Notes under the pieces: generated by a model
Databases searched by the model: none
Seen by the model: only the letters and a program-made list of their open reading frames with translations
What the model was told of the DNA's origin: nothing
Translations under genes and position numbers: made by a program
Part shown: positions 27,652-38,111 of the stretch, in pieces
Numbering within the stretch: position 1 is the first letter of the stretch
Layout: the number at the start of each line of letters is the position of its first letter
From: an uncultured Bacteroidales bacterium
GTDB taxonomy: Bacteria > Bacteroidota > Bacteroidia > Bacteroidales > CAIXZF01
DNA: 64,000 nucleotides
Reading direction: 5' to 3'
Assembly: GCA_964608665.1 (NCBI GenBank)
Contig: CAZSQJ010000011.1
Span: forward strand, 2,744 to 66,743

Positions 27652-29646
27652 ATGACACCATCCCGACAACAACTGAGAAAACCCGGAAACAAAGCCGGTC
27701 AAAACCGTGTGACCAAAATCCCCGGTGCCGGAATGAATACGGACACCACCATCCGGGGAAAAGAAAAGCTGCATTACCGGCTCCTGCTGGTGCCCGTCCT
27801 GCTGATCACAGCACTGGTCATGGGTCCCACACTGAACAATGAATTTATCAAAACATGGGACGACGGCGTGTATGTGACGGATAACATGACCATCACCAAA
27901 CTCAGTGCTGACAACATCAGGCTGATGTTCACCACCCCCGTGAACGGAACTTACGTACCCCTGCCGCTTTTATCCTTCGCCCTGGAATACCACTTCTTCA
28001 AACTCAATCCTTTCCCTTACCATCTGAACAATCTCCTGCTCCACCTGCTGTGTGTATTGCTGGTCTTCCACCTGATGCGCCTGCTGGGACTGAAGCCGTT
28101 ATATGCCGCGTTTGCGGCCTTGCTGGCCGGCATCCACCCGATGCGCCTGGAATCGGTAGCCTGGGTAACAGAACGCAAAGATCTGCTATTCAGCGTTTTC
28201 TATCTTCTTGCCCTGATATCGTACACCTACCAGATCACCCGTGAAACAAGGAAGCGACGGTATTACATCCTCACCCTGGTCTTCTTCGTACTCTCGCTCT
28301 TTTCAAAAATCCAGGCGGTATCGCTGCCGTTGGTACTGCTGCTGCTCGACTGGTACTTCAAACAACCGCTGCGGTGGAAGCTGCTTTGGGAAAAGATCCC
28401 GCATTTCGGGCTGAGCCTCGGGTTTGGACTGGCCGGGATCTTCATCCTTGAAAGAACCGGTTCCCTCGAAATCAATTTTGCCTTTTCACTGAGCGACCGC
28501 CTGTTTTTCGGACTGCACTCGCTGTGGATATACCTTGTAAAGCTGGTATTTCCTTCTCCGCTGAGTATCTTTTACCCCTATCCCATGTCGCCGGGCAAAC
28601 CCCTTCCCTGGGTTTACTATCTGAGCCCGCTTTTCCTGCTGCTGATCGCCTTCCTTGTCTTTCTCACCCGGAAACACAACCGCATGGTGATCTTCGGAAG
28701 CTTGTTTTTCCTGGTCAATATCATGTTCCTGTTGCAGATTCTGGGAGCAGGACAGGCATATATGGCCGACAGGTTCACCTATATCCCTTATCTGGGCCTG
28801 TTCTTTACGGCAGCCTGGGCCCTTCAGTACCTGAGGGAAAAGAAAAAAGATGCCATGCTGGTGCCCGTTGTGGTCATGACAGCGGTTACCCTCATATTTT
28901 CCTATATGACCTTCAGTCGGAGCAAGGTATGGAAGAACAGCGAAACGATATGGACTGATGTGATCAGGAAATTTCCGGGTAAGATCGCCTCGGCCTATTC
29001 CAACAGGGCATCGTATTACAGGGAAACGGAACGCAGGACCCAGGCCTTGCAGGATTACAGCATTGCCATAAGGCTTGATCCCAGCAATGCGGTATCCATC
29101 ATGAACCGCGGCAATCTTTTTTTCGACGAAGGCAGGCTGGATTCGGCATACAAAGATTACAACAGGGCGCTCAAGCTGAATATCAGCAAACTTGAACTGG
29201 ACCTTTTATATGCGAATTTCGGCGCCGTTTACGCAAAACGGCAACAATACGACAGTTCGCTTTATTATCTGAATCTATCGTTGAAACTGGATCCCTTGTT
29301 CCCGACGACATATCTGAACCGCGGGCTCGTATACGAGAACACCGGCAGACATCTGCTGGCCATTGCTGACTACCGGAAATACCTGGAGTTTGAGCCCGGC
29401 GACGACAGGGTATATTCCAGCATCGGAGTGAACTACCAGCATATGAAACGATACGAGGAAAGCATTCCCTGGTTTGAAAATGGTATGAAGGTCAATCCGA
29501 GGTCAGGACTTCATTACAACAACAGGGCATACTCCCACAATGCCCTGGGCCGGACAGACAAAGCCAGGGAAGACATCATCCGGGCGATAGAACTGGGTTA
29601 CAGTGTCAGGCCCGAATTTGCCGCATACCTGGGAGTAACCCCATAA
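27652..29646 (+). CDS. TMTC-like GT-C membrane glycosyltransferase with C-terminal TPR repeats (copy 1)
   Basis: WDDGVYV acidic loop after TM1, HPMRLESVAWVTERKDLL, SKIQAV, ADRFTYIPYLG, W.NSETIW, then TPRs. Confidence 0.8.
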   Translation: MTPSRQQLRKPGNKAGQNRVTKIPGAGMNTDTTIRGKEKLHYRLLLVPVLLITALVMGPTLNNEFIKTWDDGVYVTDNMTITKLSADNIRLMFTTPVNGTYVPLPLLSFALEYHFFKLNPFPYHLNNLLLHLLCVLLVFHLMRLLGLKPLYAAFAALLAGIHPMRLESVAWVTERKDLLFSVFYLLALISYTYQITRETRKRRYYILTLVFFVLSLFSKIQAVSLPLVLLLLDWYFKQPLRWKLLWEKIPHFGLSLGFGLAGIFILERTGSLEINFAFSLSDRLFFGLHSLWIYLVKLVFPSPLSIFYPYPMSPGKPLPWVYYLSPLFLLLIAFLVFLTRKHNRMVIFGSLFFLVNIMFLLQILGAGQAYMADRFTYIPYLGLFFTAAWALQYLREKKKDAMLVPVVVMTAVTLIFSYMTFSRSKVWKNSETIWTDVIRKFPGKIASAYSNRASYYRETERRTQALQDYSIAIRLDPSNAVSIMNRGNLFFDEGRLDSAYKDYNRALKLNISKLELDLLYANFGAVYAKRQQYDSSLYYLNLSLKLDPLFPTTYLNRGLVYENTGRHLLAIADYRKYLEFEPGDDRVYSSIGVNYQHMKRYEESIPWFENGMKVNPRSGLHYNNRAYSHNALGRTDKAREDIIRAIELGYSVRPEFAAYLGVTP

Positions 29647-29680
29647 TCAATTCTTCTGTTCCGGTTTTTAAAAATCGGGC

Positions 29681-29688
29681 TACCTTTG
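29681..29688 (+). promoter_or_regulatory. -7 promoter element (TACCTTTG) of the mce operon
   Basis: TAnnTTTG, 16 bp upstream of ATG 29705. Confidence 0.55.
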
Positions 29689-29704
29689 CACAAATTTTAC
29701 GCTG

Positions 29705-30115
29705 ATGGAACTAACCCACATTGAACACATCGGCATTGCGGTGAAAAGCCTCGAAGAGAGCATCCCCTATTATGAACAGGTGCTGGGGCTTTCATGCTAC
29801 GCCATTGAAGAAGTAGCCGACCAGAAAGTGAAAACGGCCTTTTTCCGGATCGGGCAAACCAAGCTCGAACTGCTGGAATCCACTGATCCTGAAGGCCCCA
29901 TCGGAAAATTCATTGAGAAAAAAGGGGAAGGGGTGCATCATATCGCCTTTGCCGTCAGGGAACTGGAACAGGCACTGCAGGAAACGGCCGCAAAAGGTGT
30001 CCAACTCATCGACCAGACTCCCCGGAAAGGAGCGGAAGGACTGCACATCGCCTTTCTTCATCCGAAATCCACCCGCGGGATACTGACGGAGTTCTGTGAG
30101 GACAAACAACACTAA
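29705..30115 (+). CDS. mce: Methylmalonyl-CoA epimerase
   Basis: [31 protein letters not shown] and IAFLHPKST. Confidence 0.95.
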   Translation: MELTHIEHIGIAVKSLEESIPYYEQVLGLSCYAIEEVADQKVKTAFFRIGQTKLELLESTDPEGPIGKFIEKKGEGVHHIAFAVRELEQALQETAAKGVQLIDQTPRKGAEGLHIAFLHPKSTRGILTEFCEDKQH

Positions 30116-30125
30116 ATCAACGATC

Positions 30126-31685
30126 ATGGAAGAAAACGACCGGATAAAAGAACTGATGGACAAGCGCTCCCAGGCCAAACTCGGGGGCGGGCAAAAACGC
30201 ATCGATTCCCAGCATAAAAAGGGCAAGCTAACGGCAAGAGAAAGGATCGACATGCTGCTGGATGAAGGCAGCTTCGAGGAATTCGACATGTTTGTCACCC
30301 ATACCTGTACCGACTTCGGCCTTGAAAAAGAACACTATATGGGCGATGGCGTGGTAACAGGCTATGGTACCATCGACGGCAGGCTGGTGTATATCTTCTC
30401 GCAGGACTTCACTGTTTTCGGAGGATCGCTTTCCGAAGCATATGCCATGAAGATCTGCAAGGTACTCGACAAGGCCATGAAGGTCGGCGCCCCGGTGATC
30501 GGCATCAACGACAGCGGCGGTGCCCGCATACAGGAAGGAGTGAAGAGCCTGGGAGGTTATGCCGAGATTTTCCAGAGAAATATTCTGGCCAGCGGGCTTA
30601 TCCCGCAGATATCCGCCATCTTCGGGCCCTGTGCCGGCGGAGCGGTGTATTCTCCGGCCCTCACTGATTTTACCATCATGACCCGCAAAAACAGCTACAT
30701 GTTCGTTACCGGTCCCAAGGTGGTGAAAACCGTTACCGGCGAAGTTGTAACGGAAGACGAGCTGGGAGGGGCTACGGTACATGGCACCAAATCAGGGGTC
30801 ACCCATTTTATTGCAGAAGACGAAGAAGAAGGCATCATGTTGATCCGCAAGCTGTTAAGTTATCTCCCTCAGAACAACCTCGAAGATCCTCCCATACAGC
30901 CCTGCACCGATCCCATCGACCGCCTGGACGATGAGCTGAACAGCATGGTCCCCGAAAACCCGAACAAGCCATACGATGTCAAGGACGTCATCCTTTCGGT
31001 GGTTGACTACAGCGAGTTTATGGAAGTACAGCGCCATTATGCCCCCAATATCGTCACCGGTTTCGCGCGCTTTAACGGGATTTCGGTGGGTATCGTAGCC
31101 AACCAGCCCAATTACCTGGCCGGGGTGCTCGACATCAATGCATCGCGCAAGGCGGCACGTTTCGTCCGTTTCTGCGATGCTTTCAATATCCCGCTGGTGA
31201 CCTTCGTCGATGTACCGGGATTTCTTCCTGGCACCGCACAGGAATACGGCGGGATCATCCTGCACGGGGCCAAACTGTTGTTTGCCTATGGTGAGGCAAC
31301 CGTTCCCAAGGTTACCATCGTCCTGCGCAAAGCATACGGGGGCGCTTATGATGTCATGAGTTCCAAACACCTCCGGGGCGACATCAACTACGCATGGCCC
31401 TCAGCCGAGATTGCGGTGATGGGGCCTAAAGGTGCCATTGAAGTGCTCTATCAGAAGAAACTCGCAGAAATCGAAGATCCGGCCGAAAAAGAAGCGTTCA
31501 TCAGGAAACAGGAAGACGATTACAAGGTGAAATTTGCTAACCCTTACAATGCTGCAAGATACGGCTATGTCGACGATATCATCGAACCCCGGAATACAAG
31601 ATTCCGGGTGATCCGGGCACTGCAATCCCTGTCCACCAAAAAAGACCTCAACCCTCCGAAAAAGCATTGCAACATCCCTCTCTGA
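30126..31685 (+). CDS. Acyl-CoA carboxyltransferase (methylmalonyl-CoA decarboxylase alpha / propionyl-CoA carboxylase beta)
   Basis: [52 protein letters not shown] and KKHCNIPL. Confidence 0.95.
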   Translation: MEENDRIKELMDKRSQAKLGGGQKRIDSQHKKGKLTARERIDMLLDEGSFEEFDMFVTHTCTDFGLEKEHYMGDGVVTGYGTIDGRLVYIFSQDFTVFGGSLSEAYAMKICKVLDKAMKVGAPVIGINDSGGARIQEGVKSLGGYAEIFQRNILASGLIPQISAIFGPCAGGAVYSPALTDFTIMTRKNSYMFVTGPKVVKTVTGEVVTEDELGGATVHGTKSGVTHFIAEDEEEGIMLIRKLLSYLPQNNLEDPPIQPCTDPIDRLDDELNSMVPENPNKPYDVKDVILSVVDYSEFMEVQRHYAPNIVTGFARFNGISVGIVANQPNYLAGVLDINASRKAARFVRFCDAFNIPLVTFVDVPGFLPGTAQEYGGIILHGAKLLFAYGEATVPKVTIVLRKAYGGAYDVMSSKHLRGDINYAWPSAEIAVMGPKGAIEVLYQKKLAEIEDPAEKEAFIRKQEDDYKVKFANPYNAARYGYVDDIIEPRNTRFRVIRALQSLSTKKDLNPPKKHCNIPL

Positions 31686-31729
31686 CAAGCGGATCAGACT
31701 AACATTGACTGCCTAATACCAGAACTACC

Positions 31730-32170
31730 ATGAAGAAATATAAATTCAACATCAACGGAAATCCATACGAGGTTGAAATAGAAGATCCGGAAGGCACCAC
31801 GGTGGAAGTGACAGTAAACGGAACAACCTATGAAGTGGAACTCGACAAGGCCATCACGGTATCAAAAACGCCGAAACTTGTCAGGCATGCCGCCGTACCT
31901 TCCACGGATTCCGGCCCCCATGATGTGAAAACCAGCAGTCCGGCAGCCCCCAAGGGAAGCGGCAATATCAAATCCCCCCTTCCGGGAACCATCCTCGATA
32001 TTCATGTGGAAAAAGGCGATCAGGTGCGTTTCGGCCAGAAACTCATCACACTGGAAGCCATGAAAATGGAAAATGTCATCAATTCCGACAAAGAAGGGAC
32101 GGTCAGCCAGATACATGTGACAAAAGGAGGCAGTGTGATGGAAGGAGACACCCTGATTACCATCTCCTGA
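31730..32170 (+). CDS. Biotin carboxyl carrier protein
   Basis: MKKYKFNING..YEVEI, Pro/Ala linker, SPLPGTIL and LEAMKMEN biotinylation site. Confidence 0.93.
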   Translation: MKKYKFNINGNPYEVEIEDPEGTTVEVTVNGTTYEVELDKAITVSKTPKLVRHAAVPSTDSGPHDVKTSSPAAPKGSGNIKSPLPGTILDIHVEKGDQVRFGQKLITLEAMKMENVINSDKEGTVSQIHVTKGGSVMEGDTLITIS

Positions 32171-32191
32171 AAAACCGGGCGAAAATCTTGT

Positions 32192-33463
32192 TCAGCCCTT
32201 TTGTAACTTCATCTTTACCAGCCCTATACGGTTCTCGGAGGCCTGGATGATGGTGAACACCCAGGGGTCGATGATGATCTCATCGTCTTTGCCCGGGATG
32301 CTGGAGTGGACGGAAATGATAAACCCGGCCAGGGTTTCATAATCTTCAGATTCGGGGATACCCAGCCTGTATTTGCTGTTCAGGTAATCGATTTCAATCC
32401 TGCCCGAGAAAAGGTATTCATCATGGCCGGTCCGCCGCTCCACCAGCCTGGCCACATCATATTCATCATCGATTTCGCCAAGGATCTCCTCGATAATGTC
32501 TTCCACCGTGACGATCCCGGAAGTCCCACCCACCTCGTCCACCACCACAGCAATACTTTTGCGTTCTTTCAGCATTGCCTGCAGTGCCCTGTTTGCAGGC
32601 ATGGCTTCCGGCATGATCATCACCTCCTTGATGATCTCCTGAATACCGGCAGGCTTTCCGAACAAATCAAACGAATGTACATAACCGGTGATGTTGTCGA
32701 TACTCTGATGATACACCAGGATCTTTGAATGTCCCGATGCCACAGCCAGGCTTATCACGTCAGCGATCGAAGCATCATCCTCCACAGCCCTGATCTCCGT
32801 CCTCGGAACCATACACTCCCTGATCTTGGCATTCCGGAAATCCATGGCATTCTGGAATATCTGTATTTCGGTCCCCTGCTCCCCCTGCCTGCTGGTGGCA
32901 GTGGCTGAAAATTCCTTCAGATAATTGTCAAGGTCAACCATCGAAAACACATAATCCCCTTCGGCAACAGCCACTTTGAACACTTTTCTCAGCAGCCATT
33001 CCGACAAAGCAGTGAACAGGTAAACCACAGGGTATAACAACAAATTGAACAGGTAGGCGGGATAGGTGAAAAACCTGAGCGTTCCGTTGGGATTGATGCG
33101 AAACAGGGTCTTTGGAATAAATTCGCCGAAAATCAGGATGACCAGGGATGAAACCAGGGCCTGCAGGATCAGAATCAATAAGGCATTGTTCAGGATATCG
33201 GGCAGGGAAATACTGAAGAAACCGTAAAGCAGGCGTTCCATCATCAGACCATAGATAACCACCACGATATTGTTGGCAACAAGCATGGAACCGATAAACC
33301 TGGAGGGTGTCCTGGTCAGTTCGGTCAATATCCGGGCATAAGCCTTCCCTTTATTCCTGTCCACCTCGAACTTCAGCTTGTTGGCTGAAATGAAGGCGAT
33401 CTCCAGTCCGGAAAAAAGTGCTGAGAGCAGAACGGTGACGATGATGATTCCGGCATGTTCCAT
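32192..33463 (-). CDS. CNNM/CBS (HlyC/CorC, hemolysin-family) membrane protein
   Basis: SALFSGLEIAF, GEFIPK, ECMVPRTEI, VVDEVGGTSGIVTVEDIIEEI and a CorC-type C-terminus. Confidence 0.9.
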   Translation of the reverse strand: MEHAGIIIVTVLLSALFSGLEIAFISANKLKFEVDRNKGKAYARILTELTRTPSRFIGSMLVANNIVVVIYGLMMERLLYGFFSISLPDILNNALLILILQALVSSLVILIFGEFIPKTLFRINPNGTLRFFTYPAYLFNLLLYPVVYLFTALSEWLLRKVFKVAVAEGDYVFSMVDLDNYLKEFSATATSRQGEQGTEIQIFQNAMDFRNAKIRECMVPRTEIRAVEDDASIADVISLAVASGHSKILVYHQSIDNITGYVHSFDLFGKPAGIQEIIKEVMIMPEAMPANRALQAMLKERKSIAVVVDEVGGTSGIVTVEDIIEEILGEIDDEYDVARLVERRTGHDEYLFSGRIEIDYLNSKYRLGIPESEDYETLAGFIISVHSSIPGKDDEIIIDPWVFTIIQASENRIGLVKMKLQKG

Positions 33464-33474
33464 ATCAGCAGGTA

Positions 33475-34065
33475 TTATTGTCTTTGTTCATCAATGGAAA
33501 AGCTGCCTGTCGGGCGTTTGATCACCCAGTTGTCGAAACTCTGGTCAGACTCAAAACCCTGACCGTACAATACCTTATCCCGTGTGGTGATGCGTACATG
33601 TTCATCGGAAAAGATCCTTGCCTTTCTTTCATCCCATACCAGGTGCTCGGTATGCAGGGTTTCCTTGCGCTGAATACCGATAACCTCCACCTTGTTTCTG
33701 GCTTCCATGATCCTGGTTTTCTCAAAGATAACAGCTTTCTGGCAATGCAGCACCGATTTTTCCACCAAACCCTTGTCATAAAAAATGACATGAACCCCCC
33801 GTGGGAAATCAATATAGGGTTCCTTTCCTCCATATCTCAAAAGGCGCGGACTTTTTAACACGATCCTGGTCTCAGCTGAATCGCTGTAAATGATTTCAAC
33901 ATCGGTTGCGGTTTCCAGGGGAATGGTGTCGGCAGCCATCATTTCCGATACGGTTTTCAGGTCATTCTCACAGGAAAGCATCAGCAGGCAAAGTGCAGGC
34001 AGGAAGAAGGCTTTGGATACCTTTGCCGCCAGGCACCGGTGTAAGCTGAATGCTGAAGCAGTCAT
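33475..34065 (-). CDS. lptC: LPS export ABC transporter periplasmic protein LptC
   Basis: Lipobox LMLSC, IIYSDSA, FPRGVHVIF, LHTEHLVWD and GQGFESDQ. The ATG at 34065 overlaps the upstream stop. Confidence 0.85.
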   Translation of the reverse strand: MTASAFSLHRCLAAKVSKAFFLPALCLLMLSCENDLKTVSEMMAADTIPLETATDVEIIYSDSAETRIVLKSPRLLRYGGKEPYIDFPRGVHVIFYDKGLVEKSVLHCQKAVIFEKTRIMEARNKVEVIGIQRKETLHTEHLVWDERKARIFSDEHVRITTRDKVLYGQGFESDQSFDNWVIKRPTGSFSIDEQRQ

Positions 34066-35375
34066 GGTTTTCGTGCCCTTACGGTGGTATTTTGATAGAT
34101 CCAGCATGTGATCAGAAATTCCTGCCCTTCAGTCATACCTGCCTCCAGAATTTCTTTTTCTTCCGGGAACAGGGCACTGTATTGCCTGATTCGGAAACGG
34201 GCAAGTGAGGAAAGTTCCGGATATTGCTCCAGGGCATCCTGGTATTTTTCAACGGCCAGACAGTAAACCAGCTTGCGGTAATAGTCACTTTTACCGCAAA
34301 AGCCTTTGCTGAGTGCATAGCAATCGCCCTGGATGATCAGGGGATACCCGTCTGAAGGATCAAAAGCAAGTGCATTTGCTGCATGCTGGAAACCGTATGG
34401 GGCGCGGTCTTCCGTACAATTAACCATGGCAGTGAATTGCTGTCCTTTTGCCATGACCAGGGTGTCTCCCGATTTCAGTGCCTTCATCAAAACCGGCATG
34501 GCAAGCTGCGGGATACCCTTACGGGAAAAATACTCTCCAAGCCTGAGCGCATTGGTTGCCGTTGTATCCAGGTCGTACAAACGTTTGGCCAGTTTCAGGT
34601 ACTTGTCGGCAAGCACGCAGGAGTTATCCTCAAGGGCAAGAAGTACCTGCTCCAGCACGGCAGGATTCATGGAGTCCTTTTTCAGAAGATCGTCGAAAGC
34701 AAGCACAACCCTGTCGCATTCAAGGTATTGATGCAGGGCAATGTCCATGGTTTTCACGGCCTCCTGGTGGAGGTTGGCCTGGATGTACTTGTCGGCCAAT
34801 GCACTGGTGAGCATCCGCCTGCAATCGAGATACACCTGCAGGAGTATCGTGGTGTCGAGTTTCCCGGCTTCAGCCATCCGGCAGGCAGTGTTGAAATAGT
34901 TCACCAGGATGGGAGGGCGGGATAAGAAGCCCTCCATGGTAACCGACTTGTTCAGTATCCAGAATGCCTCCTCAAAACGGGTGCTGTCTTTGAGCAGCAG
35001 CTCTACTCCTTTCCGGCCAAGCACATAGCCTTCTCTCCCGAAGTTTTCTATCCTCCTGTCGTATACAAACATCAGGGTATCCAGTAACTGCTTTCTCAAA
35101 TCCTCCTCCCAGGTACGTGCCATCAGGTAATCCAGCATGACGGCCCCTTCCATATAAATCTCCTCCGAAATGGCCGGGCAGGTATGAAACACCTGCTTCC
35201 ACACTGCCAGGGCACCCACCGTGTCGTGCCTGATCAACAAGTCCCTGTAATGTTCCATTTCCTTTACACAGGACAGGCTGTCGGTGCTGCCGGTCTGCGC
35301 CTGTAATTCAAATCCCTGAATGAAAAGGGATAAACAAATGAACACTAATTGAATATACCTTACTAAGCGGTTCAT
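34062..35375 (-). CDS. Exported TPR-like helical protein
   Basis: Signal peptide, CP.....IY..G motif and helical repeats; usual position upstream of lptC in Bacteroidota. Confidence 0.7.
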   Translation of the reverse strand: MNRLVRYIQLVFICLSLFIQGFELQAQTGSTDSLSCVKEMEHYRDLLIRHDTVGALAVWKQVFHTCPAISEEIYMEGAVMLDYLMARTWEEDLRKQLLDTLMFVYDRRIENFGREGYVLGRKGVELLLKDSTRFEEAFWILNKSVTMEGFLSRPPILVNYFNTACRMAEAGKLDTTILLQVYLDCRRMLTSALADKYIQANLHQEAVKTMDIALHQYLECDRVVLAFDDLLKKDSMNPAVLEQVLLALEDNSCVLADKYLKLAKRLYDLDTTATNALRLGEYFSRKGIPQLAMPVLMKALKSGDTLVMAKGQQFTAMVNCTEDRAPYGFQHAANALAFDPSDGYPLIIQGDCYALSKGFCGKSDYYRKLVYCLAVEKYQDALEQYPELSSLARFRIRQYSALFPEEKEILEAGMTEGQEFLITCWIYQNTTVRARKP

Positions 35376-35385
35376 ATCTCCGGAT

Positions 35386-36666
35386 TTATTCGAACTTCTT
35401 TCTGTAAAACCAGGTTTCAAACACAGAAAAACCCAGGCTGAACAAAACATAATTCTCCTGTATGAGATTGTCGGATGTGGTTCCTTTTCTGCCGAACTCG
35501 AAACCGAGATGGACCCGGGACTTTGTCCGGGCCAGGGGTAATCCGAAACCGAGAGTGAATGCCAGGTCGTTCAGTTGCCGGGAGTGCAACTGCAGGTAGG
35601 TTTTGGAATACCTGATCCCGGCTCTGTAACTGATTTTCCGGTAGTAAGCCGAAAGGCTGTTGAAATCGGGGATGTATTGCATGCCCAGGGCAAGATCCAT
35701 GCTGTTTCTGAGGGAATCCTTTTCGCCGAATATCCTGAATCTGCTCCAGTCCTGGAAACGTACGTCAGCCTGTACCATCCATTTATTGGTCCTGCCGACC
35801 GATATGCCTGTACCCCAGGCATCAGGAAGGAAGATCTCACCACGGATGCCGGGACTGTTTTCCACGGTATCCTGCACATAGATGATTCCGGTGCTTCCCT
35901 GCAGGTAAGTTTCCGACAGCAGTGAGCTTTTGGCGGTAATATTCCGGCCGCTGCTGAAAATAGCGCCCGCCGCCAGTTGCAGGTCATTCCTGAGCGTTGT
36001 ATGGTACTGAAGTCCGTAAGTAAACATAAAGTCATTGACGCTGATGTCGTCTTTGACCCTGAAATAGCGCATATAGGCTGAATCGGGAAAGGTCAGGGCC
36101 CTCAGCCTGCTGATGGTTCCGAAAAGGTAAGACACATTGACCCCGGCCGAAAAGGACTTCCCGAACCTGAAAGCATGTCCCAGGAATACCTGGTTAATGC
36201 CGCCAGATCCTTCGTAAAGCCTTACCATCCGGCCGATTGAATCGGAAACGGAGGCGTCGCTCACCTTGTATCCGACCTGGCTGTATGGCAGCAGGCCCAG
36301 GGATGATTTCCACCAATGGGTAACGGGGAATCCGAACAAAAGGTGTTTGATGGTACTGTAGTTAGCTTTCTGTGAAAGGCTTTCGGTTTTCAGTGTCTGA
36401 AAATTGGTGGTGATGGCTCCCTCAAAAACAAAGGAGGTGGTATCGAAGGCTGAATAGGAGGCAGGATTCAGCACATTGACAGTGGCAGCATCCCGGAATG
36501 CGATACCGGCACCTCCCATGGCCATGGTCTGGTTGTTCGACAGCCTGAACAATTCACCGATACCATAGCGGGAATAGGGTGAACTGAGGGGTTGCTGGGC
36601 CTGAACCGCCAGGGAGGGTAAAAGCAACACCAGCAGCATTAAAAAAAGGCAATCACCTTTCCGCAT
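35386..36666 (-). CDS. Outer-membrane beta-barrel protein (FadL/PorV-like)
   Basis: Signal peptide, SSPYSRYGIG, MGGAG and NPASYS; usual position downstream of coaX. Confidence 0.75.
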   Translation of the reverse strand: MRKGDCLFLMLLVLLLPSLAVQAQQPLSSPYSRYGIGELFRLSNNQTMAMGGAGIAFRDAATVNVLNPASYSAFDTTSFVFEGAITTNFQTLKTESLSQKANYSTIKHLLFGFPVTHWWKSSLGLLPYSQVGYKVSDASVSDSIGRMVRLYEGSGGINQVFLGHAFRFGKSFSAGVNVSYLFGTISRLRALTFPDSAYMRYFRVKDDISVNDFMFTYGLQYHTTLRNDLQLAAGAIFSSGRNITAKSSLLSETYLQGSTGIIYVQDTVENSPGIRGEIFLPDAWGTGISVGRTNKWMVQADVRFQDWSRFRIFGEKDSLRNSMDLALGMQYIPDFNSLSAYYRKISYRAGIRYSKTYLQLHSRQLNDLAFTLGFGLPLARTKSRVHLGFEFGRKGTTSDNLIQENYVLFSLGFSVFETWFYRKKFE

Positions 36667-37387
36667 GGTAATCAAGAATTTCATTCAAACCTTTCAACAC
36701 AATGTTTGGGCTTGCAAAGATGCTATTTTTCAGCCGATTCTCAAAAAAGTCTGCATCGCCTCCGCTGAGCACTGCCTGTAATCCGGGATATGCTTCCCTG
36801 TACTGTGTAATCATAGCATCGGTTTCCAGCAGCACCCCCTGCATCACACCCGAAAGGATGCTGTCGCGGGTGTTTTTCCCGGGCAGGCTGAATTGCAGAT
36901 CCGGTTCCAATAACGGCAATTGTCCGGTAAAAGTGTTCATGGCCTGAAAACGCATCCGGATACCGGGTGCAATGCTGCCGCCCAGGTATTCGTCACGGGC
37001 AGTGACCAGATCATAGGTAATGCAGGTACCGGCCACGATCGCCAGCACCGGCTTTCCGGGAAAGAGTGCCCTGGCTCCGACCGCCGCAGCCAGCCTGTCC
37101 CTGCCCAGGGTGGCCGGTGTCTCATACAGGTTCTGCAGGGGAAGCGGCGTCTTCTCATCGAGGATGACCATGCTGCCTGCTTCCCTGAGCGCGTTGATAA
37201 AACCCGGCTCAATACCGGTAACAGCCGAAAGGATGATGCCGGCAAACGGTCCTGCCTTTAAAATTTCCGAAAGCAAGATGGAATGTTCCGCAGTCCGTTC
37301 TGTCCAAACCGTCCTGAGTTGCTTTTCTTCAAACACTCCCGCTTTCACCAGGGTGTTTCCTGCATCAACCGCGAGTTTTTTCACCAT
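36653..37387 (-). CDS. coaX: Type III pantothenate kinase
   Basis: DAGNTLVK, YETPATLGRDR, AGTCITYD, GGSIAPG and SGGDA. Confidence 0.93.
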   Translation of the reverse strand: MVKKLAVDAGNTLVKAGVFEEKQLRTVWTERTAEHSILLSEILKAGPFAGIILSAVTGIEPGFINALREAGSMVILDEKTPLPLQNLYETPATLGRDRLAAAVGARALFPGKPVLAIVAGTCITYDLVTARDEYLGGSIAPGIRMRFQAMNTFTGQLPLLEPDLQFSLPGKNTRDSILSGVMQGVLLETDAMITQYREAYPGLQAVLSGGDADFFENRLKNSIFASPNIVLKGLNEILDYHAER

Positions 37388-37415
37388 AGATAACCTTCGT
37401 AATGAACCTGTCTGA

Positions 37416-37976
37416 TTATAGCCCAAGTTCCTCACTGACGGGGAGCATTGCCCGGATACAAAGTTCGGCAAATTCCGGCAGAGGAATCCCGATCTTTTCA
37501 CATTCAAGGATATTCTCTCTCTTTACTGATGCAGCAAAGGACTTCTCTTTCATCCTTTTTACGACTGAAGCGGGTTTTACGCTTGCCAGTTTTTTATCCG
37601 GATAAACATAGGTAGTGGCGAATATCAGCCCTGTGATTGTCTCCCCTGCCGCCAGGGCGTGCTGAAACAGGGTGCTTCTTTCCCTGCCCGACGACATTTC
37701 GTTGTGCATGGCGATGGCATCGCGCATTTCCGGATCTGTATCATATCCCTCCAGCAAGCCGGCCGTTTTTTGGCCGTGTATATAAGGATCAGCTTCCGTG
37801 ATTTCCACATCCAGGTCGTGAAGCAAACCCGCAAGACCCCATATCTCCGGGTTCTGCGACAGTCTCACGGCAAGGGCACTCATCACGGCCTCCGAAGCAA
37901 GGCAATGCCTGATCATCCCTTCCTGCTTCACATGCTGATGCAATAATTCCAAAGCCTTTTCGCGTGTCAGCTCCAT
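37416..37976 (-). CDS. HDIG-domain metal-dependent phosphohydrolase
   Basis: RHCLASEAVM, AGLLHDLD, SVVKRMKEKSFAASVKRE. Confidence 0.85.
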   Translation of the reverse strand: MELTREKALELLHQHVKQEGMIRHCLASEAVMSALAVRLSQNPEIWGLAGLLHDLDVEITEADPYIHGQKTAGLLEGYDTDPEMRDAIAMHNEMSSGRERSTLFQHALAAGETITGLIFATTYVYPDKKLASVKPASVVKRMKEKSFAASVKRENILECEKIGIPLPEFAELCIRAMLPVSEELGL

Positions 37977-38111
37977 AGCTTTTTTTTGCAAAAATAGCAA
38001 TTCGGCCGGAACGTCTGAACACTGCATGAATCCCTATCTTTGCCCCTGCAGTGAAAACAGGGGGGCAGTGCCGGGAACTGCATCGCCATCCCCGGAAAAA
38101 TATCTGGCAAG

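Noticed and set aside
32192-33463. Hemolysin or virulence factor
   Set aside because: The CNNM-CBS-CorC architecture indicates a Mg/Co-handling membrane protein in a conserved housekeeping operon.
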